A stretch of 64,000 bases of DNA, from IMG/VR virus record IMGVR_UViG_3300031949_000018, positions 16,495-80,494 of that record, one strand, 5' to 3'. A program made the translations under genes and the position numbers. Under the pieces are notes generated by a model. That model ran no database searches, had not been told where the DNA came from, and saw only the letters and a program-made list of their open reading frames with translations. The stretch is from a virus (taxonomy: Duplodnaviria; Caudoviricetes). Below are positions 43,134-52,927 of the stretch, piece by piece; the first letter of the stretch is position 1; the number at the start of each line of letters is the position of its first letter.

Positions 43134-44048
43134 CTATCCCCTAAACTTATCTCGGTCGTCAGACTTGACGTATCCGAGCTTTTTCTTGCCACCGGCGGCT
43201 TTGTAGATCTTTCCTGCTGCTTTTGATAACTGGGTGTGGCGCTTCACAGAGTGTTCAGCTTTTTCTCTATATCGTGGATCATTTCGATCTAACCCAGTAG
43301 AATATCCTCCGGCATCACGACCAAGATCGGTCTTTATCTCTCTAGCGCGTAGTTTGGCGGCTTCCCTATTATTTAGAGTGTGTTTTAATTTTCTCGTTGT
43401 CGTGGTGTTATTTGGATTCGACTTTCCCTTGTACTTAGCACCACCTAGGGTAGCCTCTTCGACGCTCTCTCTATAATCTTTTCTCTTGTACATTACATTG
43501 TCACGCATTGTACCGGCTACATATTCTGCGTCATACCGTCGATTTGATCGGCTGATTTCTTTGTTATAAGCCTTGCCGTGTAACTCAAGACTTCTATCGT
43601 CATCTGCCTTGCGAAGGATGCGATCACCGGCCGCCCTGTGCTTACGCTTGGCGTTGTTCAGCTCGTCCCTAGTGTGCCTCTTATTCGGATTCTCTTTGCC
43701 AGCATACTTAGCACCACCGAGGCGTGCCTCATCGACGCTCTCTCCAGTGACTATCTTCCGATGATTGTAGTAGTTGAGCGCGTGCTTCTTATGCTTCCCA
43801 ACAAATACTTCGTCACGAGCGTCGGTGTCCATGTTGTAGAAGTGCTTCTCGGCGGAGCGCTTATCGTTCTTTTGGATCTTCTGGGCGATGGCGATGTGAT
43901 CGTCGGCGTCCTTGTTGAACATCCGCTTCATACCGTTGTCGTGGGCCCATCGCGGGTGCTTTGCCATGGCGCGCCGCCTCTTGGCCGCGGCCATGTGGGC
44001 CTGGATCATGTCCATGTCTTCGTTGATGAACTGACTAAGCGTCTTCAT
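43134..44048 (-). CDS. Modular internal head protein (CTS)
   Basis: MKTLSQFINE; repeated ESV(D/E)EA(R/T)LGGAKY.GK.NPN. Confidence 0.7.
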   Translation of the reverse strand: MKTLSQFINEDMDMIQAHMAAAKRRRAMAKHPRWAHDNGMKRMFNKDADDHIAIAQKIQKNDKRSAEKHFYNMDTDARDEVFVGKHKKHALNYYNHRKIVTGESVDEARLGGAKYAGKENPNKRHTRDELNNAKRKHRAAGDRILRKADDDRSLELHGKAYNKEISRSNRRYDAEYVAGTMRDNVMYKRKDYRESVEEATLGGAKYKGKSNPNNTTTTRKLKHTLNNREAAKLRAREIKTDLGRDAGGYSTGLDRNDPRYREKAEHSVKRHTQLSKAAGKIYKAAGGKKKLGYVKSDDRDKFRG

Positions 44049-44049
44049 G

Positions 44050-44613
44050 TTACACCTGGTTCAGGTTGTTGGATGTGCGGGACTTCTTCGAGAACTCGAC
44101 GACCAGGGTGCCCGTGGCCGCGGCCGAGTGGGTGATGACAACCGATCCGGTATGATCGTCGGTGATCGACTGACCGTCGTGGGCAAAGTTGAACTTGTCG
44201 GTGCCGTGGAGCACCAGGACAGTATTGGACCCCCTGGCGATCGTCCAGCTTCCGTTGGAGGTGAAGGTGACCCCCGGGATGTCGATGAAGTCGATGGTCT
44301 CCGACTTGGTATAGGTCGTAGCCGAGTTTGCTGCGGTGAAGGTGGCAGTGACGTTGAGGAACGTAGTGTTGACTACCTGGTTGATGACCCTGGCCTCGGA
44401 GAGTGACGAGTTGACCACTGCATAGACGAAGTCCCCGTTGGCAAACGCCGTGGTGAAAGTGGTGCTGGTTCCTATCAGGTTTGAACCTTGGATCTGAACC
44501 GTGCCTGTCTGGTTCCCATCGTAGCTGATCGAGAAGTCAGTGATCGCCAGGGTCACGTTGGCCGTGGTCCTATACGTGGCGTTTCGCCCAAACTTATTTG
44601 ATGTGAATGGCAT
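44050..44613 (-). CDS. Beta-rich putative virion structural protein
   Basis: Thr/Asn/Gly-rich; located in the head module. Confidence 0.55.
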   Translation of the reverse strand: MPFTSNKFGRNATYRTTANVTLAITDFSISYDGNQTGTVQIQGSNLIGTSTTFTTAFANGDFVYAVVNSSLSEARVINQVVNTTFLNVTATFTAANSATTYTKSETIDFIDIPGVTFTSNGSWTIARGSNTVLVLHGTDKFNFAHDGQSITDDHTGSVVITHSAAATGTLVVEFSKKSRTSNNLNQV

Positions 44614-44616
44614 TAC

Positions 44617-45558
44617 TTACCTTCCGTAGAATATCTTGCTGGCTTTCTTTTCGTGCTTCTTATGAACTGTGAACATCGTGTGGTTCTCAAAGTGAGATTG
44701 ACCTTGTTCAAACGGGATCCCGGCATCTGTTAGGTTAGCCTTGTAGTCCTTAATGGTGCGATAATCATTATGGGCACCAGGACGATTTATCGGAACGTGA
44801 AAGATCCCAGAACCAGGCACTGCCCTTCGCAGAGCTTCTCCTATAAATTCTGCGAACGTCCTCATCTCTTCTTCCCTTATCCGGCTCATCTGGCGCCCGA
44901 CGACCTCGCTCGACGCCGTGTTCTTCCTGCGCATAGAGGCGATCTGGGCGTTGAGCCGCGCAATCTTGGCCCGCTTGACTTCCTGCGGATCCCGGCTCTT
45001 CTCGATTCGATCGATCTTCCCCTTGACGTCGCTGAGTGCCTTTCCGAGGCGGTGCGCGAGCCTCATGGATGAGGCTCCTGAGCGTCCTGCCCTGATTGCC
45101 GCGCCACTCGATTCTTGCACCCGTTGTTCTTTAGCCGTCTTGGCGTTCAGGTACTTGCTGAGTGCCGGGAATGCCTTGAGATCAAACTTCTTTCCTGTCG
45201 CTTTTCCAGAGGTAGGCTTCTTCTCTTTTTCCGTGTCGTAGGGTGCCTCAGAGATTCGCCTATAGTTCTTTGGATCGCCTCCCGTCGAGTAAGTCGCCTC
45301 TCCCTGTCTCTTCCACCGCTCCTGTCCCTCTGGGGTTGACATATTGATGGTGCCGTGGATGGTGGATCGGTGACCCATCTTACTCCTGGCTTCACGGGCG
45401 TCCTTGGCTTCTACGTCGTGCCAGTTAGTCCTGGCATTGCGCTTCTGCCCGTAACTACCCCACCTCTTGGCGTGCACCTTGAACTTGTCCTCAGACAACG
45501 ACTGATCCTGCCGCGATTCGTGCAGCTGGGCCAGGAGGTTGTACTTGGACTCGTGCAT
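44617..45558 (-). CDS. Modular internal head polyprotein
   Basis: Basic modules separated by xxE sites; internal MRTFAEFIGE at 44865. Confidence 0.65.
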   Translation of the reverse strand: MHESKYNLLAQLHESRQDQSLSEDKFKVHAKRWGSYGQKRNARTNWHDVEAKDAREARSKMGHRSTIHGTINMSTPEGQERWKRQGEATYSTGGDPKNYRRISEAPYDTEKEKKPTSGKATGKKFDLKAFPALSKYLNAKTAKEQRVQESSGAAIRAGRSGASSMRLAHRLGKALSDVKGKIDRIEKSRDPQEVKRAKIARLNAQIASMRRKNTASSEVVGRQMSRIREEEMRTFAEFIGEALRRAVPGSGIFHVPINRPGAHNDYRTIKDYKANLTDAGIPFEQGQSHFENHTMFTVHKKHEKKASKIFYGR

Positions 45559-45568
45559 CAGGCCTCTT

Positions 45569-47473
45569 CTACTTCCTCTTCATCATTCGATTAAGGTGTC
45601 TCTTGGCTTTTCGACGGTCATCAAAAGTGTGTGACGCCTGCTGTGGGCCTGGATTCTCGTTTCCAATGGTCATCCATTTTGTAGGCTTATCCTTCTTACC
45701 GAGTTTGTTATTTACGACCCAGAGACCTTTCTTTTTCATCGGTTGGCTAATATTGTTTCCCCACTTCTCATCGATCTCTTCGTCCTCGTCCTCGTCCTCA
45801 GGGAACAGGACGGGCATGATCTTGGCCCTGATGGCCGCGTCGAACGTACGCTCGAGCTCCACCGCGTCGTCGTTGACTACCGCGGCTACCGGAGATACGA
45901 ACTCTGGTTCATTGTCGTCGATCATCTCTTCTTCTCCTTCAACGTCTTCCTTGTACAATGGGTCCCACTTGCCATTCTTGATGGCGTCCATCTTGGGCTT
46001 GGTCTTGCCGAAGTATTTCATCGGGGAGACAGAGCTTCCGGCCGCTCCCTTGCCCTTCGGATCGGATAGGCCCGCCTTGGCTACTTTAGTCGCGTTGCCG
46101 TAGAGGGGGTTGTTCTTCTTCTTTAGGCCGGCGTCGATCGGCTCGTTCTTGCCGAAGTTCTTGTCTGTGTCTTCGTTCATCTCTGTCTCTTCTCTTACTC
46201 GCTTGTTTAGTAGTTGGGTTCCCGGCATCAGCTTGGCCGTTAATGCGTGCAGGAACGCCGGAGGGGCCTTGTCCCTCGCCATCTTCCTAGCGTCGCCGTG
46301 ATTCCTGGCCCTGACGGACACCTCTACGTGCTCGCTCTTTTTATCTGGAGCCTTGTGCACCTTGACCTTCCAGTCGTGGTATGTCTCGTCCATCTCGGTT
46401 TCTTCCTTGGTAAGCTTCTTAGTAGCGTTGGCGATGCCGGTTATGCGCTTCCACGATGTGTGAGTGTTTTTCATAGATACGTCACGAATCGCGTCGTCAT
46501 CGTCTTTAGACTTGTCACCGTATTTGCCGAGTTTGGAGGATGGCAGTCTGGCCCCGGTGTGGTGTTCAACGTCATTCTTGGCTCGGCGGAGACTGTCTAG
46601 GTGATAGTCTGCCATCACTCTCTTAGAGTGTGATCGGGCCGCACTATCAGCTGCCTTGTTGATATAGCTGCCGAGCGTCTTCTTTGAGAGCTCGTTGACT
46701 TCGGTCTCCTCCTTTGCAATTCTTTTACCAGCGAGCTTTAAACCTTTTTGGCGCCGCATTGCTTTGCTGAGAGAGGGCTTAATATCTGTATCGAAGTCCA
46801 TATCTCTGGACGCCCACTTTTGACCTGCTTTAAAGCCATGATTGCTGAGATCGTCGGCTGCCTTGTTGATATAGCTGCCGAGCGTCTTCTTTGAGAGCTC
46901 GTTGATCGTCTTGCCTGCCATTTTCGTCTCCTCGTTCCTGTCGTACCTGTCGTGTACGTATACGTCGTGATACGCGCCGTGTTGCCTCTTTATCGAGGCG
47001 GGGTTGTGAATCGCATTAGGCCCGTGATAGAGGACCGAGTAGGGGTTTTTCTTGCCCAGTCGAGACTGGACCGACACCCTCTTCTTGGTCTTGTTGTTCG
47101 GGTCCTTGTTGTGTGCCTTGATCTCTGCCTTCAGTGCCTCGAGTTTCTTATCGTCTTCCTCGGTGCCGCGGTGCCTGAATTTCCATGGACCCTCGTGATA
47201 TCCGTCTTCCTTCTTGTGGGTCTTGAAATACTCGTCCTTCCTGGCCTTGTTGGCGTCCTTGTACTTCTTATCTTGTCTCTTGTCCTCGCGCTTGACTGAC
47301 CTATCAGCCGCGTCCATCCCTTTGATTCGCTTGATGGCCTTGTGGGATGAGATGGTAGGACCGATGCCGCGATCTCCCCAGCTGTCGCCATCTGCGTATT
47401 GCTTAACCTGATCCCTAGCCTTGCCCTTGTAATCCAGGGCGAGCTTATTAGAGATCTCGGTGATGGTCTTCAC
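45569..47473 (-). CDS. Modular internal head polyprotein
   Basis: MKTITEIS; EET(E/K)(M/V) linkers; two NELSKKTLGSYINKAA copies. Confidence 0.7.
   Translation of the reverse strand: MKTITEISNKLALDYKGKARDQVKQYADGDSWGDRGIGPTISSHKAIKRIKGMDAADRSVKREDKRQDKKYKDANKARKDEYFKTHKKEDGYHEGPWKFRHRGTEEDDKKLEALKAEIKAHNKDPNNKTKKRVSVQSRLGKKNPYSVLYHGPNAIHNPASIKRQHGAYHDVYVHDRYDRNEETKMAGKTINELSKKTLGSYINKAADDLSNHGFKAGQKWASRDMDFDTDIKPSLSKAMRRQKGLKLAGKRIAKEETEVNELSKKTLGSYINKAADSAARSHSKRVMADYHLDSLRRAKNDVEHHTGARLPSSKLGKYGDKSKDDDDAIRDVSMKNTHTSWKRITGIANATKKLTKEETEMDETYHDWKVKVHKAPDKKSEHVEVSVRARNHGDARKMARDKAPPAFLHALTAKLMPGTQLLNKRVREETEMNEDTDKNFGKNEPIDAGLKKKNNPLYGNATKVAKAGLSDPKGKGAAGSSVSPMKYFGKTKPKMDAIKNGKWDPLYKEDVEGEEEMIDDNEPEFVSPVAAVVNDDAVELERTFDAAIRAKIMPVLFPEDEDEDEEIDEKWGNNISQPMKKKGLWVVNNKLGKKDKPTKWMTIGNENPGPQQASHTFDDRRKAKRHLNRMMKRK
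46650..46905. repeat. Identical 49-nt direct repeat (46650-46698 and 46857-46905)
   Basis: GCTGCCTTGTTGATATAGCTGCCGAGCGTCTTCTTTGAGAGCTCGTTGA occurs twice. Confidence 0.9.
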
Positions 47474-47479
47474 GCCACC

Positions 47480-49207
47480 TTACTCCTCGGTTTCATCTTC
47501 GTTCTGGCTATTTATCTGCTGGGGTCCTGCGGGCGCCGACGGTTGTCCTGGCTGAGGCATCGGCATACCTGGGGCTCCAGGCATCATCCCCGGTTGCGGA
47601 AACATGCTTCCTGGATCACCACCACCGAACGTCGGGTCCATGACCTGGACGCCGTTGCCTCCCATCGGGGCTGGCGGATACCTCGGATCATCCTTCTCCT
47701 CCTCGATCTTCTCGTCGAGTGCCTCGATGTCGTCGTCCGTCTGCCTGAGAATCTTCTTGCGGACGAAATCGTGGCTGAAGTACTTGCCCACGAAGTCCTG
47801 GATGTCCTTCGCGACCTCGATGCGCCTGGACAGGATCTCGTTGTCCTTGACCTCGGTGAAGTGGTTGTCCGAGGCAAACTCGAACCAGCCGCCGCGGTAA
47901 AGCTCGGGGATCTCCTCCTTGGCCATGACCTGCTTGAGGATCAGCTGCTTCGACAGCGCCTCGAAGAGAAGCATGGAGAAGCGGCGTCGCAGCCTGTCGA
48001 TGAAGCGGGAGAACTTGACCTCGTCCCTGCTGATCTCTGCCGCCTTGGAGAAGGTGAAGCCCGAGGTCTCTGGGTTCATGCGGGATATAGGAACGCTGAG
48101 TGCACGGTAGAGCTTCTGCTGGAAGTACTCGACGTCCGTCAGCTCGCCGAGGTTCTGGCCGCCGGGAAGCGTCTCGATCTGGGTGCCCTTGTTGCCTTCG
48201 CGGCGAGGAAGCCAATAGTCCTCGAACATGGTCATGAAGCGCCGGTCGTCGCGGATCGTTCCGCTCGACTGGTCATAGACCAGCTTGTTCTTGTGCTTGA
48301 TCATCATGTCGTTCATGTACTGCTCGACCTTCTGGCGAGGCAGGTTACCGACGTCGATGTAGAAGATGCGCCGCTCCGGGGCGCGGGTGAAGCGATAGAT
48401 GACCAGGGAGTCTTCCAAAGCCTTGAGTGAGTTGAGGACCCTGATCGCCTTGTGCAGGTACGACAGGATCATGTTCCCATTGGGGTCCAGCAGGCCGGAG
48501 TGACAGTAGATGACCGAGTCCTTGGCGATCTTGAGGCCGTAGGCCGTCATGTCGAGGCTGTTCATCTGGGAACCGGGGGGCATCTTGCCGAAGCCGGCGC
48601 TGGAATAGACGTAGTACTCGGACTTGAGCTGGTTGAGCTGCATCGCGACCCGCTGGGGATCCTGGACGCGCTTGACCTCCTTGATCTTTCTGATCTTGCG
48701 TGGGTCGATGTAGCGGAGTTCCTTGATGCCCTCTTCCGGCACCTTGTCGTCGATGATAACGTGATAGTAGAGTCGGCCGTCGACGTACCAGCGCTTGAAG
48801 ATCTCGTAGGCGTTGTTGTTGAAGTCGAGGAGCTCGATGACCTTCTTGAACTCCTCGGAGACTTTCTCCTGGATGTCCTCCTTGGCGAAGACCGAGTCCT
48901 CCTCAAAGGAGTCCATGTTGAAGGCGACCACGTCGTTCTCGCCGTCGAGGTTGACCGCCTCGTTGACGATGTCGTCGATGGCGTACTCCACGTCTGGGTA
49001 GAGTGCCATCTCTCTGTACTTGGTGATGAGCTCGGCCTCGGAGGATATTGATCCGTTGAGGTCGAAGTAGGTGCCGTAGAAGTTGCCTTCCGCGACGACG
49101 AGGGAGCCATCGTCGTTTGGGGGTGGAACAAATGAAGGACGCTTTTCTTTTTCCTCAAGAGCGGCGTCTCTTCTTTGGATTTCAAACCCAAAAAGTGTCC
49201 AAGCCAT
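47480..49207 (-). CDS. gp20: Portal vertex protein
   Basis: LFGF, LITKYREMA, FKRWYVDGR, LEDSLVIYR..RAPERRIFYIDVGNLP and EDYWLPRREG. Confidence 0.98.
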   Translation of the reverse strand: MAWTLFGFEIQRRDAALEEKEKRPSFVPPPNDDGSLVVAEGNFYGTYFDLNGSISSEAELITKYREMALYPDVEYAIDDIVNEAVNLDGENDVVAFNMDSFEEDSVFAKEDIQEKVSEEFKKVIELLDFNNNAYEIFKRWYVDGRLYYHVIIDDKVPEEGIKELRYIDPRKIRKIKEVKRVQDPQRVAMQLNQLKSEYYVYSSAGFGKMPPGSQMNSLDMTAYGLKIAKDSVIYCHSGLLDPNGNMILSYLHKAIRVLNSLKALEDSLVIYRFTRAPERRIFYIDVGNLPRQKVEQYMNDMMIKHKNKLVYDQSSGTIRDDRRFMTMFEDYWLPRREGNKGTQIETLPGGQNLGELTDVEYFQQKLYRALSVPISRMNPETSGFTFSKAAEISRDEVKFSRFIDRLRRRFSMLLFEALSKQLILKQVMAKEEIPELYRGGWFEFASDNHFTEVKDNEILSRRIEVAKDIQDFVGKYFSHDFVRKKILRQTDDDIEALDEKIEEEKDDPRYPPAPMGGNGVQVMDPTFGGGDPGSMFPQPGMMPGAPGMPMPQPGQPSAPAGPQQINSQNEDETEE

Positions 49208-49872
49208 TAGCTATTCTCCTCATATCGCATTGAGCTTATGAAGGAATAATCCTTATAGCAATTCCACCTGGGCTTAAAATAACCATTGTGTGATTGACAA
49301 TTTCCAAAGATCGTATAAACACGAGACATTGGAATATCATATGTTCTGCCGAACTCACAAATGCTTCCAAATCTAATGTTTCGACCTTTTATATCGACCA
49401 TGATAGGTTTAGCATTATTATTGTCATTTCCAAACTGGGTTATCTTCATTGTGGTTGACTGCTTTTCACGAGAATCTACAGATCGAACATGCCCTATCTT
49501 AGATCGAGAAAGTTTCTGTCTAGTTTCTAGAGAATGATGTTTTCCCCATCTCCAATTTTTTGGTCCTTTTGGAGAACCACCAAAAGGAGTTGATCTGCCG
49601 TCGTATAGATTTAGAAAATCATTTCTAGTTCGAGCTTTTATTCGACGTAGAACTCGATGTTCCCAATTCGCTGCTTTTTCTTTTGTTGAAAACGTTCGGC
49701 GAATCTGGACAACATCAGGTTCACCTAATTTTTTTCTAATCCTTTTTACGTGTTTAGAAGACGTGAAATATGTATTCCATAAGTCATTAGGGTTACAATG
49801 ATTAGCCCACCTGGCGCCATAATACCAGATTGAGTGTGTCGACCAACCGATTAGATAAGTGTATGGGATCAT
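49207..49872 (-). mobile_element. GIY-YIG (Seg-like) homing endonuclease with NUMOD3 (low GC)
   Basis: PYTYLIG..WYYGAR..YFTSS; WGKHHSLETRQKLS. Confidence 0.85.
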
Positions 49873-49894
49873 GATGAAATTCCTCAGCCGCCGT

Positions 49895-50473
49895 CTAGCC
49901 GAGGGCCGATGCCGCTCCGTCTGATGCCAGGATGTCTGCATCATTATCCCAATAATCATACTGCATGGTGACCTGGAACTCGGTGAGCCGATCCCTGTCT
50001 CCCCAGTTGAGCTCGATCGGGGCGACCACGGAGGGCCAGCATCCGACGAGTCGGTATGTCCTCAGGAGGCTGCCGTCCTTGCCCATCTTGTAGACGTAGG
50101 CGTCTGTCTTATAGGTCACTGGGTTGGAGCCGAAGGGCGCCACCGTGGTGTTCCTACGGACTGCGTTCATGCCGTGCTGCCAGTGCTCGAGGGTCCTGCG
50201 GACCAGGTGGTCCTCGTCGTTGATGATCGTCAGCGACCACTCTGGGAAGACCCTATCTCCTACGACCGGGATGTCCCTGCCGAAGTAGGGAACCCGGATA
50301 ACGCCGGTGATCAGCGGCGGGATGGACGAGCCTACGCACGTCATGGTGAACTTCTCGTTCGCCGACGCGTCTCCAGCCGCCACCCCTGGGATGGTCATCC
50401 GCACCTCGAACTTCGAAGGACGGTCTCCGCCTCCGGTGAGTGCAGCCTTCATTTGTTCGATATCAAAGGACAT
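49895..50473 (-). CDS. gp19: Tail tube protein
   Basis: RPSKFEV..YFGR.I.V.GDR.F..W.LTIINDED..IEL.W..EF.VT.QYDYW. Confidence 0.95.
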   Translation of the reverse strand: MSFDIEQMKAALTGGGDRPSKFEVRMTIPGVAAGDASANEKFTMTCVGSSIPPLITGVIRVPYFGRDIPVVGDRVFPEWSLTIINDEDHLVRRTLEHWQHGMNAVRRNTTVAPFGSNPVTYKTDAYVYKMGKDGSLLRTYRLVGCWPSVVAPIELNWGDRDRLTEFQVTMQYDYWDNDADILASDGAASALG

Positions 50474-50491
50474 ATGTGTTCTCCTGTTGGG

Positions 50492-52387
50492 CTATTTATT
50501 GGTTTTCTTTGTGTAAACCCGCTTCAATGCTCGCTTGATCCCTTGCTTGCGATTAGCATATTGAAGATCAACATCCGGAGGTGTATGCCTCTGTTCGTCC
50601 TTAGCTTTTCTTAGGTAACTTTTCAGGGTCTTCTTCGAGAGCTCGTTGATCACCGATTCAGTTGCGTGAACTTTAGCGTTTCCAGTGAGTTTATCTAATG
50701 CTACTTTTCGGCCAGCAGCTCTTGAATGCTTCGGGCTGTAGAGCTTACGGTCCATGGGGGTCCCGACGTTCATTCCAGTCCTCTTGCGAATTTCATCTCG
50801 CAAAGCTATGCCGTTTTCTCTTCTCTTTTTTTCGTCATTGGACGACTTGTGGATGTATGAACCCAGAGTCTTAGCAGATACCTCGTTGACGTCCTCACGG
50901 GCGATCTTGTTCGCGTCGAATGCTGCCCTGGTAAGGTCCTGTGCGGGCTGGGCATCGAACGTCGCCTGCACCTTCTTGACCGTGTACCTCTTCTGGGCCC
51001 GCTGAAGGAGCGAATCCTGGGCGGGGTTGTTGCCTGGGCTGCCGGACGCAGTCGGGGTGCTGATGCCCTTGCCCTCGTGGACCGCGACGCCCTGATCGGG
51101 CTTCATCTTCCACATCAGGTTGCGGGCGACCTCAGCCGCCCTCTGGTGCTTGCGGGCGAGTGTCTCGTTGCGGTAGACCTCGCCGTCGGCCTCGCTCTCG
51201 CCCTTCCAGTTCCTGTTCTCGAGGTGCTTCACCGACTTCCTGAGGTGGTGCAGCGCCTGGGAGGTGTGTTCAGTCTCTTGGCTGGCGTGGAAGTCGGCGG
51301 CGTTCTTCGCCTGGCGGTAGGTATGGCCCTCGTCGACGGACTCGGTAGCAGGAACTTTAGACCAATAGGGTCTTCCGTAGTGCTTATCCTTTGCTGACGG
51401 GTGATCCCCGGCAATCTTCGACGCAGCCCTCTGGATTCCGGCTGAACGTCTACCGTGTTTATGATTGGCCCTGTCTATAGCTTTCTTAGTATCATCGGAA
51501 TGGTCTCCGGCCAAACGGTTTCTAGTCTGCCAGACGGAATCCTGCGCCTTGATTGACTTGTCGATGGAGGCCCCCTGGATGTAGCTGAGGAGCTTGCCCT
51601 TCGAGATCTCGTTGACCTCTGCTGCCTCGTAGTACTTGGCGAAGAACGCGTCGCGGTTTAGCTTACCCATCGGTGTCTTTTTTTTCACTGAATACGTCTT
51701 TCCGTTCTTACCGTGTTTGCCTTCCTTGACACGGAAGGGGTGCATCTCCATCGCGTGGGCGTGCTGGACCACGGCGTACTTGCTCGGGCCCTTGATGTGG
51801 AAGTGAGTCCTCTCGTCTCCGTCGGAATGGATAACGGTGAAGTGCTTCAGCTCCTTGCCCTCGTCGATCATTGTTTCCTCTGTTTTTTCCCCAGGCATAC
51901 ACTTCTCCAGTTCTCTATAGTAGTGCTTATTTTTCCTCAGGTGATCCCGTGCGATCTTCTTTGCCGTCCCACGAGAGTTCGTATGCTCCATCTCGTGATC
52001 CGTGCCACGAGAAATCTCTGAGGCTTTCTTTGCCTCGTTAACGTCTTCCTTCACCGTTTCTTTCTTCCGATTACGGTGCATCTTTATGTGGGCCAGGCCG
52101 ATGAGCTTGCTCCTCGTGGACTTCGTCGCTCTCTTCGGGTCGTAGGCCGCCTTCGCGGTGTACGCCTTGAGGGTGTTGGTGGAGAGTTCGTTGACTTCAA
52201 CTTCTTCTTTGAGTTTCTTGTACTTCTTAGTAGAGTGATCGTAGACATAGTGCTTATCCATGACACCGGGTCCCGAGTACGCCTTAGTGTACTTCTTACC
52301 CTTCTCAGTGCCAGTACGAAAAGTCACATGCTGATGCATGTTTCTCATCTTATCTTTCCAGCGATTGAGATGATCGTCATTAACCAT
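50492..52387 (-). CDS. Modular internal head polyprotein
   Basis: Four (V/I)NE(L/I/V)S..(T/K)L.(S/A)Y headers; ESVDE/EETMIDE linkers; basic and His-rich. Confidence 0.7.
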   Translation of the reverse strand: MVNDDHLNRWKDKMRNMHQHVTFRTGTEKGKKYTKAYSGPGVMDKHYVYDHSTKKYKKLKEEVEVNELSTNTLKAYTAKAAYDPKRATKSTRSKLIGLAHIKMHRNRKKETVKEDVNEAKKASEISRGTDHEMEHTNSRGTAKKIARDHLRKNKHYYRELEKCMPGEKTEETMIDEGKELKHFTVIHSDGDERTHFHIKGPSKYAVVQHAHAMEMHPFRVKEGKHGKNGKTYSVKKKTPMGKLNRDAFFAKYYEAAEVNEISKGKLLSYIQGASIDKSIKAQDSVWQTRNRLAGDHSDDTKKAIDRANHKHGRRSAGIQRAASKIAGDHPSAKDKHYGRPYWSKVPATESVDEGHTYRQAKNAADFHASQETEHTSQALHHLRKSVKHLENRNWKGESEADGEVYRNETLARKHQRAAEVARNLMWKMKPDQGVAVHEGKGISTPTASGSPGNNPAQDSLLQRAQKRYTVKKVQATFDAQPAQDLTRAAFDANKIAREDVNEVSAKTLGSYIHKSSNDEKKRRENGIALRDEIRKRTGMNVGTPMDRKLYSPKHSRAAGRKVALDKLTGNAKVHATESVINELSKKTLKSYLRKAKDEQRHTPPDVDLQYANRKQGIKRALKRVYTKKTNK

Positions 52388-52907
52388 TGTAGCCCACGAT
52401 CATGATCGTGTCCTCTATCTTCTTGTTCTCCCTCGAGTGGGTCTTTCGACCTCCGACGGATCTAGGATCTATCCATACCGGCTCCTTCGAGTGCCAGCCA
52501 TAGACGAATACGCCCTTCATCTTCACCAGCCTCTGCCAGACCCTCACGGCCCCGGCCGAGTGTGATTTCCCGGCGAGGCCCTTGACCTGTCTAGTCTTGA
52601 GGAGAAAGTAGTACAGGTCGTGTGCCCTGACCGCCCCTCCCTTGACCTTATATAGCTCGGAGATATTTAGGATGTCCCCGGCGTCGTCGAAGAACCCGTT
52701 GACGTATACCTGACTCACCTGAGTCTTCTCGTCGACGGCGTGCCATTCCCACTCATTCGGCCCCTTCCGGAACCTCCAGATGACGAACCGACCGATCTTA
52801 CCGACCTTCCGGAGCGATCTCTTGACCGCCCCGTCGAGGATCTCGATCGTGTCCATCTGGGAGACGGACTTGGCGGAGGACTTCCTGATCGAATTGAGGG
52901 CGACCAT
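52380..52907 (-). CDS. Hypothetical protein, possibly GNAT-like
   Basis: A.DLY.FLL..S.GA..VW..L pattern; weak assignment. Confidence 0.5.
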   Translation of the reverse strand: MVALNSIRKSSAKSVSQMDTIEILDGAVKRSLRKVGKIGRFVIWRFRKGPNEWEWHAVDEKTQVSQVYVNGFFDDAGDILNISELYKVKGGAVRAHDLYYFLLKTRQVKGLAGKSHSAGAVRVWQRLVKMKGVFVYGWHSKEPVWIDPRSVGGRKTHSRENKKIEDTIMIVGYNG

Positions 52908-52927
52908 GAGAGTTCTCCGCCATTAGT

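Noticed and set aside
47399-48430. Long plus-strand ORFs antisense to core genes (also 39835-40818, 15299-16240, 34223-34951, 10765-11490, 3511-4113, 54101-54721)
   Set aside because: These are shadow ORFs expected from the high GC3 bias of the minus-strand genes; they have no SD, motifs or plausible composition.
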